A stretch of 64,000 nucleotides of DNA from an uncultured Planctomycetota bacterium (GCA_963737655.1 CAVTTN010000002.1:2016001-2080000), one strand, 5' to 3'; positions 20,837 through 31,358 are shown, counted from the first letter of the stretch. Numbers and translations: made by a program. Notes: generated by a model from the sequence alone, not told the origin.

Positions 20837-21258
20837 CGACCCGGAAGCCCCGCCGACGGGGCGTCTTCCTGACCGAGACGATCGCCGCCGGGGTGGCCGT
20901 CGCCGCCGCGATGGCGATCACCCTCCAGTTGCTCTCGTTGACCCTGGCCGTCCGCCGGGACCTCGAACGCCGGGGCTGGGCCCGCGAGGAGGCCGCCAAC
21001 CTGATGGAACGGCTCTCGGCCGTCCCGTTCGACACGCTCTCGACCGACTCGGCCCGAGCCCTGGCCTCGCTCTCGCCGCCGGCCGCGTCGGTCCTTCCCG
21101 GAGGGCGGGTCGAGGTCAAGGTTTCCGAGGCGAAGATCGCCGAGGGGGCCGTCTTGAAACGAATCAACCTGGCGATCGTCTACCGGGGCCCCTCGGGCCG
21201 CGAGGAATCGCCCGTGAGGCTGGCCGCCTGGGTCGCCCGGCGGGGGGAGGGCCGATGA
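20833..21258 (+). CDS. Minor pseudopilin (GspI/PilV-like)
   Basis: Type IV prepilin-like leader RRRG/VFLTE; ATGA overlap with the upstream gene. Confidence 0.72.
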   Translation: MTTRKPRRRGVFLTETIAAGVAVAAAMAITLQLLSLTLAVRRDLERRGWAREEAANLMERLSAVPFDTLSTDSARALASLSPPAASVLPGGRVEVKVSEAKIAEGAVLKRINLAIVYRGPSGREESPVRLAAWVARRGEGR

Positions 21259-21785
21259 TCGCCCGACATTCCAACCGCCGCCGAGGCGCCACGCTCGTCG
21301 AGGTCATGGCGATGATGGCCGTCCTCCTGATCGTCATGGCGATGGTGGCCCTGTTGATCGAGACCTTGCTGAAGGTCGAGACTTCGGGCCGGCAGGCGAT
21401 CGGCGCCGAGGGGGTGATCTCGAGGGTCTCCGGGGCGTTCCGCAAGGACGTCCGCGCGTTCCCCCGGGCCGAGCTCGCCGGGACGACGTTTTCCTTGCTG
21501 GGCGACCCCGCGAATCGCTCGGTGGAATACACGATCGAGACCGATGCGGTCCTCCGCCAGGAATTCGCCGGCAAGACCCTCGTCCGCCGGGAGAAATTCG
21601 CGCTGTCGAAGCGGTCGGCCCCTCGATTCGAACGGTTCGAATCCTCGGGGAAGCCCCTCTGGTCGCTGGTGTTCGACCGGAGGGCGAGGAAAGGGGAGCG
21701 AGAGTCGATCGCCCGGCCGTTGCGGGTCGAGGCGGCCCTCGGGGCCGACCTCCGGTTCGCCCCGGGCGGGGAGGGGTCGCGATGA
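21255..21785 (+). CDS. Minor pseudopilin (GspJ/PilW-like)
   Basis: RRRG/ATLVE leader plus hydrophobic helix; ATGA overlap. Confidence 0.75.
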   Translation: MIARHSNRRRGATLVEVMAMMAVLLIVMAMVALLIETLLKVETSGRQAIGAEGVISRVSGAFRKDVRAFPRAELAGTTFSLLGDPANRSVEYTIETDAVLRQEFAGKTLVRREKFALSKRSAPRFERFESSGKPLWSLVFDRRARKGERESIARPLRVEAALGADLRFAPGGEGSR

Positions 21786-22201
21786 GGCCCGACCGACGCC
21801 GAAGAGGCGTGGCGATGGTCGCCGTCCTGGCGTGCCTGACCCTCCTCGCCATGGTCTTTTTCACGCTGATGAGGCAGGGGTCGGCCGGCAAGAGGCAAGC
21901 CAGGGCCGAGGAAGACCGCCTGATGGCCGGATGGCTCGCCGAGTCCGCCCTGGACCGGGCCTGGGCCCGCTTGAGGCTCGCGGCCGACTACCCCGGCGAG
22001 ACCTGGGACGTCCCGGCCGAGGAGATCGGCGGTCGGGACGCCGGCCGGGTGGTCATCGCCGTTCAAGCCGTCCCCGGCCAGCCCTCGAACCGCCTCGTGA
22101 CCGCCCGAGCCGATTTTCCCCTCGACGCCACCCGCCGGGCCCGGCAAAGCCGGTCCGCGACGTTTCATGTGGATTCTTCACCTCCCGGAGGCCCGCGATG
22201 A
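21782..22201 (+). CDS. Minor pseudopilin (short GspK/PilX-like)
   Basis: RRRRG/VAMVAVL leader lacking Glu+5, plus A.WLAESAL..A motif; ATGA overlap. Confidence 0.7.
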   Translation: MRPDRRRRGVAMVAVLACLTLLAMVFFTLMRQGSAGKRQARAEEDRLMAGWLAESALDRAWARLRLAADYPGETWDVPAEEIGGRDAGRVVIAVQAVPGQPSNRLVTARADFPLDATRRARQSRSATFHVDSSPPGGPR

Positions 22202-23046
22202 CCGCCCGACCGACTCCTCGCCCGTCCCGGGCATTCACCTTGATCGAGCTCCTGGTGGTGATCGCCATCATCGGCGTCCTGATCGCCCTGTTGCTGCCGG
22301 CGGTCCAGGCGTGCCGGTCGGCGGCCCGGAGGATGAACTGCGTGAGCAACATGATGCAGGCGGCCATCGCCCTGGAGAACTACGAGAGCAGCTTCGAGAG
22401 CCTGCCGCCCGGAGTCGTCAACGCCTCGAGCCCGATCTCCAACACCAAGTCCGGCTATCACATGGGTTGGATGGTCCAGGTCCTGCCCTTCCTGGACCAG
22501 AAGCCGGCGTTCAACCACACGAACTTCGCGATGGGCGTTTATGCGCCGGAGAACACCAGCGTCCGCTCGGTCCTGATCGCCTCGTATCTCTGCCCGGCCG
22601 ACCCCGAGGCCCGGACGCCCTCGGCCGAAGGGCTGGCCCGATCCAGCTTCGTCGGCTGCCACCACTCCGTCGAGGCCCCGATCGCCGACACGAACGATGG
22701 CGTCCTGTACCTCAACAGCCGGGTTCGCACCGAGGACATCGAGGACGGCGCCTCCCAGACGCTGCTCTTCGGCGAAGCCAAGACCGAGTCGGGAACGCTG
22801 GGCTGGGCCTCGGGCACGAGGGCCACGCTCCGCAACACCGGAACGGGGGTCAACGGCCTGCCTCCGCTGGTCTCCAAGGCCAACACGGACCCCGTCGGCG
22901 GCTTCTCCAGCTACCACGCCGGAGGGTCCAACTTCGCGTTCTGCGATGGCTCCGTGCGCTTCCTCAAGAATACGACGAATTCGAACATCCTCGGCAAGCT
23001 GGCGAACCGCAAGGACGGCCAGCTCCTCAGCGACGGTTCTTTCTGA
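22198..23046 (+). CDS. DUF1559 prepilin-like protein with H-X9-DG C-terminal motif
   Basis: [52 protein letters not shown]. Confidence 0.9.
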   Translation: MTARPTPRPSRAFTLIELLVVIAIIGVLIALLLPAVQACRSAARRMNCVSNMMQAAIALENYESSFESLPPGVVNASSPISNTKSGYHMGWMVQVLPFLDQKPAFNHTNFAMGVYAPENTSVRSVLIASYLCPADPEARTPSAEGLARSSFVGCHHSVEAPIADTNDGVLYLNSRVRTEDIEDGASQTLLFGEAKTESGTLGWASGTRATLRNTGTGVNGLPPLVSKANTDPVGGFSSYHAGGSNFAFCDGSVRFLKNTTNSNILGKLANRKDGQLLSDGSF

Positions 23047-23063
23047 GGGCTCGGACCCACGCC

Positions 23064-23148
23064 GGGTGGCATGCCCACGTCTTCGTGGGCATGTCTTCGG
23101 TCAGGTTTGAACCGAAGACATGCCCACGAAGACGTGGGCATGCCACCC
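23064..23148. repeat. REPIN-like nested palindrome, family B
   Basis: Perfect 38-bp inverted repeat (23064-23101/23111-23148). Each arm contains the hairpin CATGCCCACG-TCTT-CGTGGGCATG. Lies between convergent genes. Confidence 0.9.
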
Positions 23149-23171
23149 AGAAGGGAACCCTCGGGGGGCGT

Positions 23172-26100
23172 TCAATCACCGCCCGAGGGTTCGGCGAGCT
23201 TCTTTCGGGCCTCGTCAAGCCTTCGGAGGACCTCGGCGGCGTGCTCGTCCTTGGGGAACTCCTTCGCGGACTTCTCGAAGACGTCCACGGCGTCGGTCCA
23301 CCGGCCGAGGAGTCCGTAGACCTTGCCCGCTTCCAGGAGGGCCAGGGCCCGCCACTCGGGGGAGCGATAGGAGAGGTCCGTCTTGTGGAACTCGCGGAGG
23401 GCCTCGTTGTAGTTCTTTTGATGCAAGTACGTCTCGCCCCTCATCCACTGGGAGCGGGCGGCGAGGTCCGAGCGGGGGGCGGCGGCGATCGCGGCGTTGA
23501 AGGCGAGCCGGGCCTCGTCGAACCGGGCCCTCATCTGGAGGCACCGGCCCCGGGCATAGTCGAGCTCGGCCATCTGGGCGAGCCGGGGCTGGTCTTTCTT
23601 GAGCGCGTCGGCCTCCGAGAGCGCATCGTCCCAGCGTTCGGCGGCGATCAGGCATTCGACCCGTCTCAGGCGGGCCAGGGGGGCCCATTTCGCCGATTCG
23701 GGGCCGGTCTCGGCGGCGATGGCCGCGAATTTGGCCTCGGCCGTCGCGGGGTCTCCGGCCTTCAGGGCGGCCTCGGCCTGGCCGAACCGGGCCTCGGCGG
23801 CGTGGGGGCCTTGGGGGAAGTCCTTCGCGAGCCGATCGAACCGCCGGGCCGCCGCCGGGGCGTCCCCCCGGGCCAGCTCGATCCGGGCGAGGCGGAGCAG
23901 GGCGGCCTGGACGAGCTCGAGATCGGCCTTCGACCCCTCGGCGACCACCGGTTCGAGCAGGGCCGCGGCCTCCTCGGGCTTGCCCGAAGCCGCGAGCGAC
24001 TCGCCCAGGAACACGCGGGCGTCGGCGCCTCGGGGGCCGTCGCCGAACTCGTCGAGGACGCGACGGAACGCCGAGTCGGCCTCCGCCGGCTTGCCCGAGT
24101 CGTGCAGGGCCCAGCCGTATTCGACGAGGATCTCGTCGAGGGCCGTCGTTCCGGGCTCGGCCTTCGGGTGGGCCTCCAGATACCGGGCGAACGCGGAGGC
24201 CGCCTCGGCGGGCTTGTTGAGTTTCGCCAGGAGACGGGCCCCGGCCAGCCCGGCGGGATCGGCCTGCGGCGATTTGGGATACTTCTCGCGGACGATCCCC
24301 AGGGCGGCGAGCGCCTCGTCGGCCTTGCCGGACGCCTCCAACGCCCGGGCCCGGGCCAATGCGGCGTCGGGGGCGAGCGGGTCGTCGGGCGCGGCCTCCA
24401 GCAGGGCGGCGAACGTCCCGGCGGCGGCATCGGGATGGCCGCCTCGCAACTGGCTCCAGCCGAGGCCGGACAGGGCCCGGGCCGACCATTTCGCCTCCTT
24501 CGCCTCGACGACCGGGCCGAACAGGGCGGCGGCATCGTCGAACTTCTCGGCGTCCAGCGCCTTTTCGGCGAGGATCAGGCGGGTCCGGGCCAGCGATTCA
24601 CTCTTCGGCCAGCCTTCGGCGAGCCGATCGAGGGCGGCCCTTGAGGCGTCGTCCTGGCCGAGCTCATGACGAGCCAGGGCGAGATACGCCAGCGCCTGGG
24701 CGGCTTCGTCCCCCTTGGGCCGGGAGGCGAGGAAGCCGTCGAAACTCTCGGCCGCCTCGGCGTACTTCTTCGCCTCGAACCGATTCAGGGCCAGGGCGAA
24801 CCGGGCGTCGGCCGCCGAGGAAGAGCCCGGATCTTTGGCCAGCGACGCCATGACCTCCGCCGCTTTCTCCGCCTGGCCGTCGGCCTTGTAGGCCAGGCCG
24901 AGCGCGAAATTCGCCGAGTACGCCACCTCCGGCCCCGGCCGGTCTTCGGCCAGGAGGGCCCGGAAAATCGCGATCGCCTCGCGAGGATGACCCGAGGTCC
25001 TGGCCGCCTGGCCCAGGATCAGATGAGCGTCGGCCCGCAGGGGGCTGCCGGGGAACCGCCGGCCGAACTCCTCGTCGAGGGCGGGCACGGCGGCGAAATC
25101 GCGGAGTTCCAGCGCGGCCCTCATGGCCCGGACCATCGCCGAGGCCGCCCAGGAATCCTCGCCCCGGGCGACCTGGAGGAACCGCGTCCGGGCGTCGTCG
25201 AGCTTGCCGAGGGCCTGGAGCGCCTCGGCCGATCGGTACTGGAGGCGGGGGGCCCAGGGGGAATCGGGATGGCGGCGGATCGCCTGGTCGCAGACCGCCA
25301 GGGACTCGGCCGGCTTCTTCGCGTCCCGGAGCGACCCGGCCAGGGCCAGGGCCGAGGGCGGCGCGATCCCCCGATTGCCCGTCTCGGCCAGCGGGGCGAG
25401 GATCGCCTGGGCCTCGTCGCGACGGCCCAGGCGGATCAGGGCCTCGGCCTTCCTCAACCGGGCCTCGGCGACGACCGAGGGCGGGGCGTTGGGCGCGTCC
25501 ACGGCGTCATACGCGGCGATCGCCTCGACCATCTTTCCCTGAGCGGCGAGGCCCTGGCCCATCTGGAATCGGGCCCGGGCCGAGTATTCCGGGTCGCCGC
25601 CGCGGGCGAGTTCCGCCAGGGTCTGGCTCGCCGAGGCGCCGTCCCCCAGGTCGGCCAGGGCCTGGGCCAGGTGGAGCCGGGACCAGTTGGCCAGCCGTCC
25701 GTTGGGGTCTTTGGCCAGGGCCGTCTCGTAGGCGGCCTTCGCCGAGGCCGGGTCATTCAGGCCGAGGCAGGAGTCCCCCAGCTCGGGCCAGGCGGTGTCT
25801 CGATGGGCCCCGTCGGGGTATTTCTCGGTGTAGGCCGAGAGGGCCTTCCGCGCGGCGGGGTAGTCCTTCATCAGATACGCGGACTCGCCCAGCCGGAACA
25901 GGGCGGTCGGGCGCCGGGATGGTCCGGGGCGAGGCGGAGGAACTCCTCGAACTCGGTCCTCGCCCCGGCAAACTTCTGCTGGAACAGGAACGCCCGTCCG
26001 AGGCCGAAGTGGGCCTCGGCCGCCTCTCGAGGCGGGAGCGCCGCCTTCAGGAGCCGGGCGAATTCCTCGGCCGCCAGGTCATACCGACGGTCCCTCAGCA

Positions 26101-26239
26101 GCCGGTTGGCGAATTCCAGGGACTCGGGGGCCGCCGGGTCATCCGCCCGGAGGGTCCCCGCGATCCCCGGACCGAGCAGGAGGAAGGCGCCGAACCCGAG
26201 GACAACGTCCCGGACTCGCAAGGGCTGGCCGATCGGCAT
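23172..26239 (-). CDS. Large exported TPR protein (CpoB/BamD-like repeats, ~1,022 aa); -1 frameshift near 25910
   Basis: Signal-like N-terminus, many A..A...LG...Y..A...F....P.S repeats. Adding one C gives HPGAPTALFRLGESAYLMKDY. Confidence 0.82.
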
Positions 26240-26490
26240 GGGTCCGTCTCCCGGGACTGCGGCGAGGTGGGGCGATCCGACCGCGACGGGTCGATCCGAC
26301 CCCTCCGTCGCCATCCTATATACCTACCGAGGGGGTCGGCCCGCCCTCAATTCCGATCCTCGGGCCTCCGGAATTTGGCCCCTCATCGGAATCTATCGGC
26401 TAAACTCGCTTGATCCCCCGGCCCACCGGCGATTCTTGACCGGGATTCCTTTCCCACGGCGCGGAGATTGCCCAAATTTCGGAAAATCCC

Positions 26491-26519
26491 TTGCGAGGGG
26501 GCGGATCGTGCGGTAATCT
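26491..26519 (+). promoter_or_regulatory. Putative sigma-70 promoter
   Basis: TTGCGA-17 nt-TAATCT, about 160 nt upstream of the ATG at 26678. Confidence 0.5.
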
Positions 26520-26677
26520 CCGGTCAGGTCATCCAGTTTCCAGAGATTCTGCAAAATTCCCAAAGCCCCCAAGCGGCGATGCCGTATCTTTGAGGGAACC
26601 CCGGTCGGCGTCGGTTACATGGGTCCGATGCGGGTCCGTTGGGCAGAGTTTGTCCGCAATCACCAGGAGTGACCCCG

Positions 26678-27097
26678 ATGATCAGCCGTCGCGTTTTGGG
26701 CGCCGTGGCCGCCACGTTCGCCCTCGGCCTGGGCTCGGCTCAGGCGCAGACCGCCCAGACCCCGGGCAAGACGATGCCCGAGGCCCAGGCCCCGACCAAG
26801 ACCATGCCGGCCGCCGTCGCCCCGACCAAGGCGATGCCGGTCGCCCAGGCCCCGACCAAGACCATGCCGGCCGCCGTCGCCCCCACGAAGGCGATGCCGG
26901 TCGCCCAGGCCCCGACCAAGACGATGCCGGCCGCCGTCGCCCCGACCAAGACGATGCCGGCGGCCCAGGCCCCGACCAAGACCATGCCGGCCGCCATCGC
27001 CCCCGCCAAGACGATGCCGGCGGCCCAGGCCCCGACCAAGACCATGCCGATGACCCCGGCCAAGACCCTGCCGGAGTCCCAGGTCCAAGTTAAGTAA
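26678..27097 (+). CDS. Secreted low-complexity protein with PTKTMP decapeptide repeats
   Basis: CAGGAG RBS, signal peptide ending AQA/Q, 11 P(T/A/G)K(T/A)(M/L)P units, strong terminator downstream. Confidence 0.85.
   Translation: MISRRVLGAVAATFALGLGSAQAQTAQTPGKTMPEAQAPTKTMPAAVAPTKAMPVAQAPTKTMPAAVAPTKAMPVAQAPTKTMPAAVAPTKTMPAAQAPTKTMPAAIAPAKTMPAAQAPTKTMPMTPAKTLPESQVQVK
26762..27094 (+). repeat. Coding tandem repeat, 30-nt unit with 60-nt higher-order period
   Basis: Units start at 26762 and every 30 nt to 27032, with a last unit at 27056. Unit ends alternate AQA / A(V/I)A. Confidence 0.9.
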
Positions 27098-27141
27098 TCG
27101 GACTCGCCCAGCGGATGGCGGCGGAAGAACGATCCATGACC

Positions 27142-27174
27142 AAGCCCCGCCCGGATTTCGGGCGGGGCTTTTTT
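27142..27174 (+). terminator. Rho-independent terminator
   Basis: AAGCCCCGCCCG-GATTT-CGGGCGGGGCTT followed by TTTT. Confidence 0.9.
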
Positions 27175-27526
27175 CGTCGCCCGCGCCGATCGCCCGCCGG
27201 GTCGGCCGGTATGCTCTGGCCATCTCGCTCGAGACGGGTTAGATTGGGCGGGAAGAGGCCGTCGGGCCCGCGATTCGCGGGGCATCGAACCGAGGGCGAA
27301 CCCCCCGACGGACCCCCAGGGTGGACGATCGCCCTCGGCCCCCCCGTCCCTCCCGAACCGCCCCGGTCCCGACGAGGACCGGCCCGTGCCGGCCCGAGGC
27401 TCTCGGGCGGACGGCCCGAGGCCCGTCTCTCCCGGTGGGGCGGCATCGTCCGATTCGATCGATCGAGTGACGTCCCGCCTTTGTCCCGTCTTGTCGCGAG
27501 CCACGCGGAAGGAGCGATCGCCCGCC

Positions 27527-27817
27527 ATGAGGATCTACGTCGGTAACCTTGATTATTCGATGACTTCGGACGACCTGCGGGCCCTGTTCGAGCCGTTCGG
27601 CGAGGTCGCCTCGGCCGAGGTCCAGGTCAAGAGCCGGACCGGCCAGTCCCGGGGCTTCGGCCTGGTGGAGATGCCCAACGACGTCCAGGCCGACGCCGCC
27701 ATCGCCGCCTTGAACAACGCCGATCACCGAGGGCGACCGCTGACGGTCAACGAATCCCGACCCCGCCGGACCGTCCGCGACCAGTACGCCGGCGGCTGGT
27801 TCGGCTCGGGCCGCTGA
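27527..27817 (+). CDS. RRM-domain RNA-binding protein
   Basis: RNP2 IYVGNL, RNP1 RGFGLVEM, GRPLTVNESRP; AAGGAG RBS. Confidence 0.92.
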   Translation: MRIYVGNLDYSMTSDDLRALFEPFGEVASAEVQVKSRTGQSRGFGLVEMPNDVQADAAIAALNNADHRGRPLTVNESRPRRTVRDQYAGGWFGSGR

Positions 27818-28045
27818 TCTCGGCGCCTCGCGGCCGGTTTCCGCCCGAGCCGGGCCCGGAGCCGGGCCCGCTGCTCGCGCGGCCGAAGTCCCGGCGTCGC
27901 CCGGCCTTCGGGCCCCTTCGAGGCGACGATCTCCGACCCTCTCCCTCGATCGACTCGGGGGAGGGGGCTTCTCCCGACCTCGCTCCCCCCATCACTTCTC
28001 GGGCCCTGGGCCTTCCTCTAGCCCCCTCGCGAGGCCGCGCGGATC

Positions 28046-28915
28046 ATGGCCACTTCCGATCGGGATCGTGAACGCGAACGCAACCTGGCCGTCTTCGTGG
28101 ATCTGGAGAACCTCGCCATGGGGTTCCAGAACCAGCGCAAGGCGAAATTCGAGATCCAGAAGGTCCTGGAGCGGCTCGTCGAGAAGGGCAAGCTCATCGT
28201 CAAGAAAGCCTACGCCGATTGGAGCCGCTACCAGGCCTATACCGCCCCGTTCCACGAGGCGGCCATCGAGCTGATCGAGATCCCCAAGCGCAGCCTGACC
28301 GGCAAGAACTCCGCCGACATCCGGCTCGTCGTCGATGCCATGGACCTGGCCTGGAGCAAGTCCCACGTCGATACCTTCGTGATCGTCTCCGGCGACAGCG
28401 ACTTCTCCCCGCTGGTCTCCAAGCTCAAGGAGAACGGCAAGCACGTGATCGGCCTGGGGATGAAGGGATCCACCTCCGAGCTGCTCCGCGACAACTGCGA
28501 CGAGTTCATCTATTACGAGGACCTCGAACGCCAGGAGCAGGACGACCAGGAGATCGTCACCCAGATCGATTCGTCCTTGCCCGAGAGGAAGCGCGAGGTC
28601 TATACCCTGCTGGTCGAGGCGTGCAACGCGCTGCGTCGCGAGAATCATGAAGTGCTGTACGCCTCGATGATCAAGGACACGATGAAGCGCAAAAAGCCGT
28701 CGTTCGACGAGAGCTATTACGGCTATCGCAGCTTCACGCACCTCCTGGAAGACGCGGACAACGCGGGCCTGGTCGATATCGAGCGGAACCCCAAGAGCGG
28801 GACGTACATGGTCACGCGGTTCGGCGAACGGGAGTCGCCCCGGACGTCGCCCGAGCGCCCGGGTCGCCGCCCGAACCGGATGGGTCACCGCGACCGCCCC
28901 GAGGACGTCCGCTGA
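28046..28915 (+). CDS. NYN (LabA/DUF88, PIN-like) domain protein with C-terminal OST-HTH/LOTUS domain
   Basis: FVDLEN, AYADW, KNSADIRLVVDAM, VSGDSDFSPL, CDEFIYY; KPSFDESYYGYRSFTHLLE. Confidence 0.92.
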   Translation: MATSDRDRERERNLAVFVDLENLAMGFQNQRKAKFEIQKVLERLVEKGKLIVKKAYADWSRYQAYTAPFHEAAIELIEIPKRSLTGKNSADIRLVVDAMDLAWSKSHVDTFVIVSGDSDFSPLVSKLKENGKHVIGLGMKGSTSELLRDNCDEFIYYEDLERQEQDDQEIVTQIDSSLPERKREVYTLLVEACNALRRENHEVLYASMIKDTMKRKKPSFDESYYGYRSFTHLLEDADNAGLVDIERNPKSGTYMVTRFGERESPRTSPERPGRRPNRMGHRDRPEDVR

Positions 28916-29162
28916 ACCCTCGCCCCGCGGCCGGGCCCGGATGACCTCGGCTCGGGTGGCCGGGGCCCGGCCGCGATGGGGCCGGGCCCCGGCGGACCCG
29001 AGGCCCAGGCCGAGCCGCTGCCCTGTGGCCCCGGGGCGACCGACCGGGTAGTCTGGGCTTTTCCCCTCGCGGCGCCTCGGTCGCGACGCTGGGCCCGCGC
29101 CGCCGCCCGAGCCTCTCCCCGTCGCGACTTCCCCTCGCGTTCCCGTCCGTGGAGACCGCCCC

Positions 29163-30104
29163 ATGTCCGAAGGATTCGACGATCCGCTCCCCATCGACCC
29201 TCCCCACGACCCCCCTCCGGCCGTCCCGCCCCGCCCGCCGGCTCCGGCCGTGACCGCGGTCCGGGCCCCCGTCGCGCCGCCCGTCGAGGAAGCGGCGGGC
29301 CGATCGATCTTCCCGGCCGTCCTCGGCGTCCTGTTCCTCGGGGCGATCGTCGGCTCGGTGGTCATGGAACGCATGCCCGCCCCGCCGGCCCAGGCGGCTC
29401 AGACGACGACGGCCTCCGAGGCCTCGACCTCGACGCCCCCGAAGACCGAGTCGGCGACGCCCCCGGGGGGAGACGACGTCAAGGCCCTCCAGGCCCGGGT
29501 CGAGGAGCTGACCAAGAAGCTCGACGCCATGCCCAAGCCCGAGCCCGCCCCGGACCTCAAGCCGATCCAGGACAAGCTCGACACGCTCAGCAAGGCCGTC
29601 GAGTCCTCGGGCGACGCCCCGAAGAAGGTCGAGGAGATCGTCGGCATGCTCCCGACGATGGAGAAGGAGCTCGCCGCGGTCAAGGCCGAGAACGAGGCGC
29701 TCAAGGCCCAGGTCGCCGCCCTCGACGACAAGATGAAGGCCATGCCGGCCCCGACGACCTCCCCCGCCGCGAATCCGGCCGAGGCCGCCAAGCCCGCTCC
29801 TCCGGCCATGTCCGAATCGCTGACCGAGGGCGTCGCCCTGTTCAAGCAGAACAAGTTCGCCGACGCCCTGACCGCCCTGAAGAAGGACCCGAAGGACGCC
29901 CGGGCCCTCGATTTCGCCGCGCTGGCCAGCGGCTTCGCCACCAACAACTGGAAGGGAGAGGCCGTCGAGCTCGCCACCCAGGGCGTCCAGGCCGAGAAGG
30001 CCGGCAGCCCGCCCAAGCCCGAGATCGACGCCGCCTTCGCCGGCCTGACCGACGCCCAGGGCAAGGCGTGGCTCGACTTTTACCGCAAGGTCGCCGCCAA
30101 GTGA
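29163..30104 (+). CDS. Single-TM protein with coiled coil and TPR-like C-terminus
   Basis: Pro-rich N-terminus, TM IFPAVLGVLFLGAIVG, heptad-like region, helical C-terminal domain. Confidence 0.72.
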   Translation: MSEGFDDPLPIDPPHDPPPAVPPRPPAPAVTAVRAPVAPPVEEAAGRSIFPAVLGVLFLGAIVGSVVMERMPAPPAQAAQTTTASEASTSTPPKTESATPPGGDDVKALQARVEELTKKLDAMPKPEPAPDLKPIQDKLDTLSKAVESSGDAPKKVEEIVGMLPTMEKELAAVKAENEALKAQVAALDDKMKAMPAPTTSPAANPAEAAKPAPPAMSESLTEGVALFKQNKFADALTALKKDPKDARALDFAALASGFATNNWKGEAVELATQGVQAEKAGSPPKPEIDAAFAGLTDAQGKAWLDFYRKVAAK

Positions 30105-30134
30105 CCGCAGCCGATCCTCGGCGGAGGGTATGGG

Positions 30135-31349
30135 CTACTCGTGCCGGAGGGCGTCGATCGGGTTGAGCAGGGCGGCCTTGACCGCCGGCAGCAGCCCGAA
30201 CGCGACGCCCGTCCCGGCCGAGATCCCGAAGCCGAGGATCACGGCCCACGTCGGGACGATGATGTCCACCATCCTCGGGTGGAGGCTCGCCAGGGTGCTC
30301 ACGCCATAGCCCAGGCCGATCCCGACCCCTCCGCCCAGGAGGCTCAGCACGACCGCCTCGGTCAAGAACTGCAAGAGGATGTCCCGCCGCCTCGCCCCCA
30401 CGGCCTTCCTCAGGCCGATTTCCCGGGTGCGCTCGGTCACGCTGACCAGCATCACGTTCATGATCCCGATCCCGCCGACGAGCAAGGAAATCCCCACGAT
30501 CCCCGCCAGGACGACCGTGGCGATCAGGCTCATGCTGTTGAACGCCGCGAGGATCTCATCCTGGGTGCGGATCTGGAAGTCATTGGGCTGATAGGCCGAC
30601 AATCCGTGGCGACGGCGCAACAGGTTGATGATCTGCGCCCTCGCCTCGGGCACTTCGGGCTCGGAGGTCGCCTGGGCCGTGAACGCCAGCTTCCTCCGGG
30701 AGGTCGGGTACATCTTCAGGGCGATCGTATAGGGGATTAAAACGATGTTGTCCTGGCTGTCGCCGACGAGCGACCCTTTCTCGGCCAGGATGCCCACCAC
30801 GCGGAACCTCTGGCCCTGGATCAGGAGGGTCTGGCCCAGGACGTCGTCCTCGGCCTCCAGCTTTCGGAGCACCTCCCGGCCGAGGAGGCAGACGTGGTGG
30901 GCGCGTTCCACGTCCACCACCGAGAACGGCCGCCCCTCCTGGACCGGGAAGTTGCGGATCGCGTGGTACGACGCCGCCACGCCTTCCAGCGGCACGTCGA
31001 TCTCCTGCCGTCCCAGGCTCAGCCGGACCGCCGGGCGGCGGATCAACGGCGAAATCTCCTTCAGGGCCGAGCACTGCCGGGTCACGGCCTCGATGTCGTC
31101 CACGGTCAGCTCGACCCGGCCCAGCGTCTTGCCCGCGTCCCCCGGAGGCCGATACGGCCAGACCCACATGGCGTTGGTGCCGAGACCCTGGAGGAAGTCG
31201 GCCACATACGTCGTGAACCCCCGGACGACGCTCACCACCGTGATCGTCGAGGCCACGGCGATCACGATCCCCAGGACCGTCAGCGCCGAGCGCATCTTGT
31301 TCGAGACCAGTTGTTCCAGCGCCGTCCGGACGTTCGCGAGGATCAGCAT
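30135..31349 (-). CDS. MacB/FtsX-type ABC transporter permease
   Basis: NKMRSALTVLGIVIAV, SLLVGGIGIMNVMLVSVTERTREIGLRKAVGA, LNPIDALRHE. Confidence 0.93.
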   Translation of the reverse strand: MLILANVRTALEQLVSNKMRSALTVLGIVIAVASTITVVSVVRGFTTYVADFLQGLGTNAMWVWPYRPPGDAGKTLGRVELTVDDIEAVTRQCSALKEISPLIRRPAVRLSLGRQEIDVPLEGVAASYHAIRNFPVQEGRPFSVVDVERAHHVCLLGREVLRKLEAEDDVLGQTLLIQGQRFRVVGILAEKGSLVGDSQDNIVLIPYTIALKMYPTSRRKLAFTAQATSEPEVPEARAQIINLLRRRHGLSAYQPNDFQIRTQDEILAAFNSMSLIATVVLAGIVGISLLVGGIGIMNVMLVSVTERTREIGLRKAVGARRRDILLQFLTEAVVLSLLGGGVGIGLGYGVSTLASLHPRMVDIIVPTWAVILGFGISAGTGVAFGLLPAVKAALLNPIDALRHE

Positions 31350-31358
31350 GGAGGCGCC

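Noticed and set aside
22911..23319. Short mirrored ORFs MPTSSWACLR / MPTKTWACHP on both strands
   Set aside because: They are translations of the family B palindrome, not genes.
26521..26677. Riboswitch in the leader of the repeat protein
   Set aside because: No recognisable conserved riboswitch motif by eye; an Rfam search would be needed.
26762..27094. Regular ~30-nt repeats resembling a CRISPR array
   Set aside because: Units are contiguous without unique spacers, vary at synonymous positions and lie in an ORF with a signal peptide; no cas genes are nearby.
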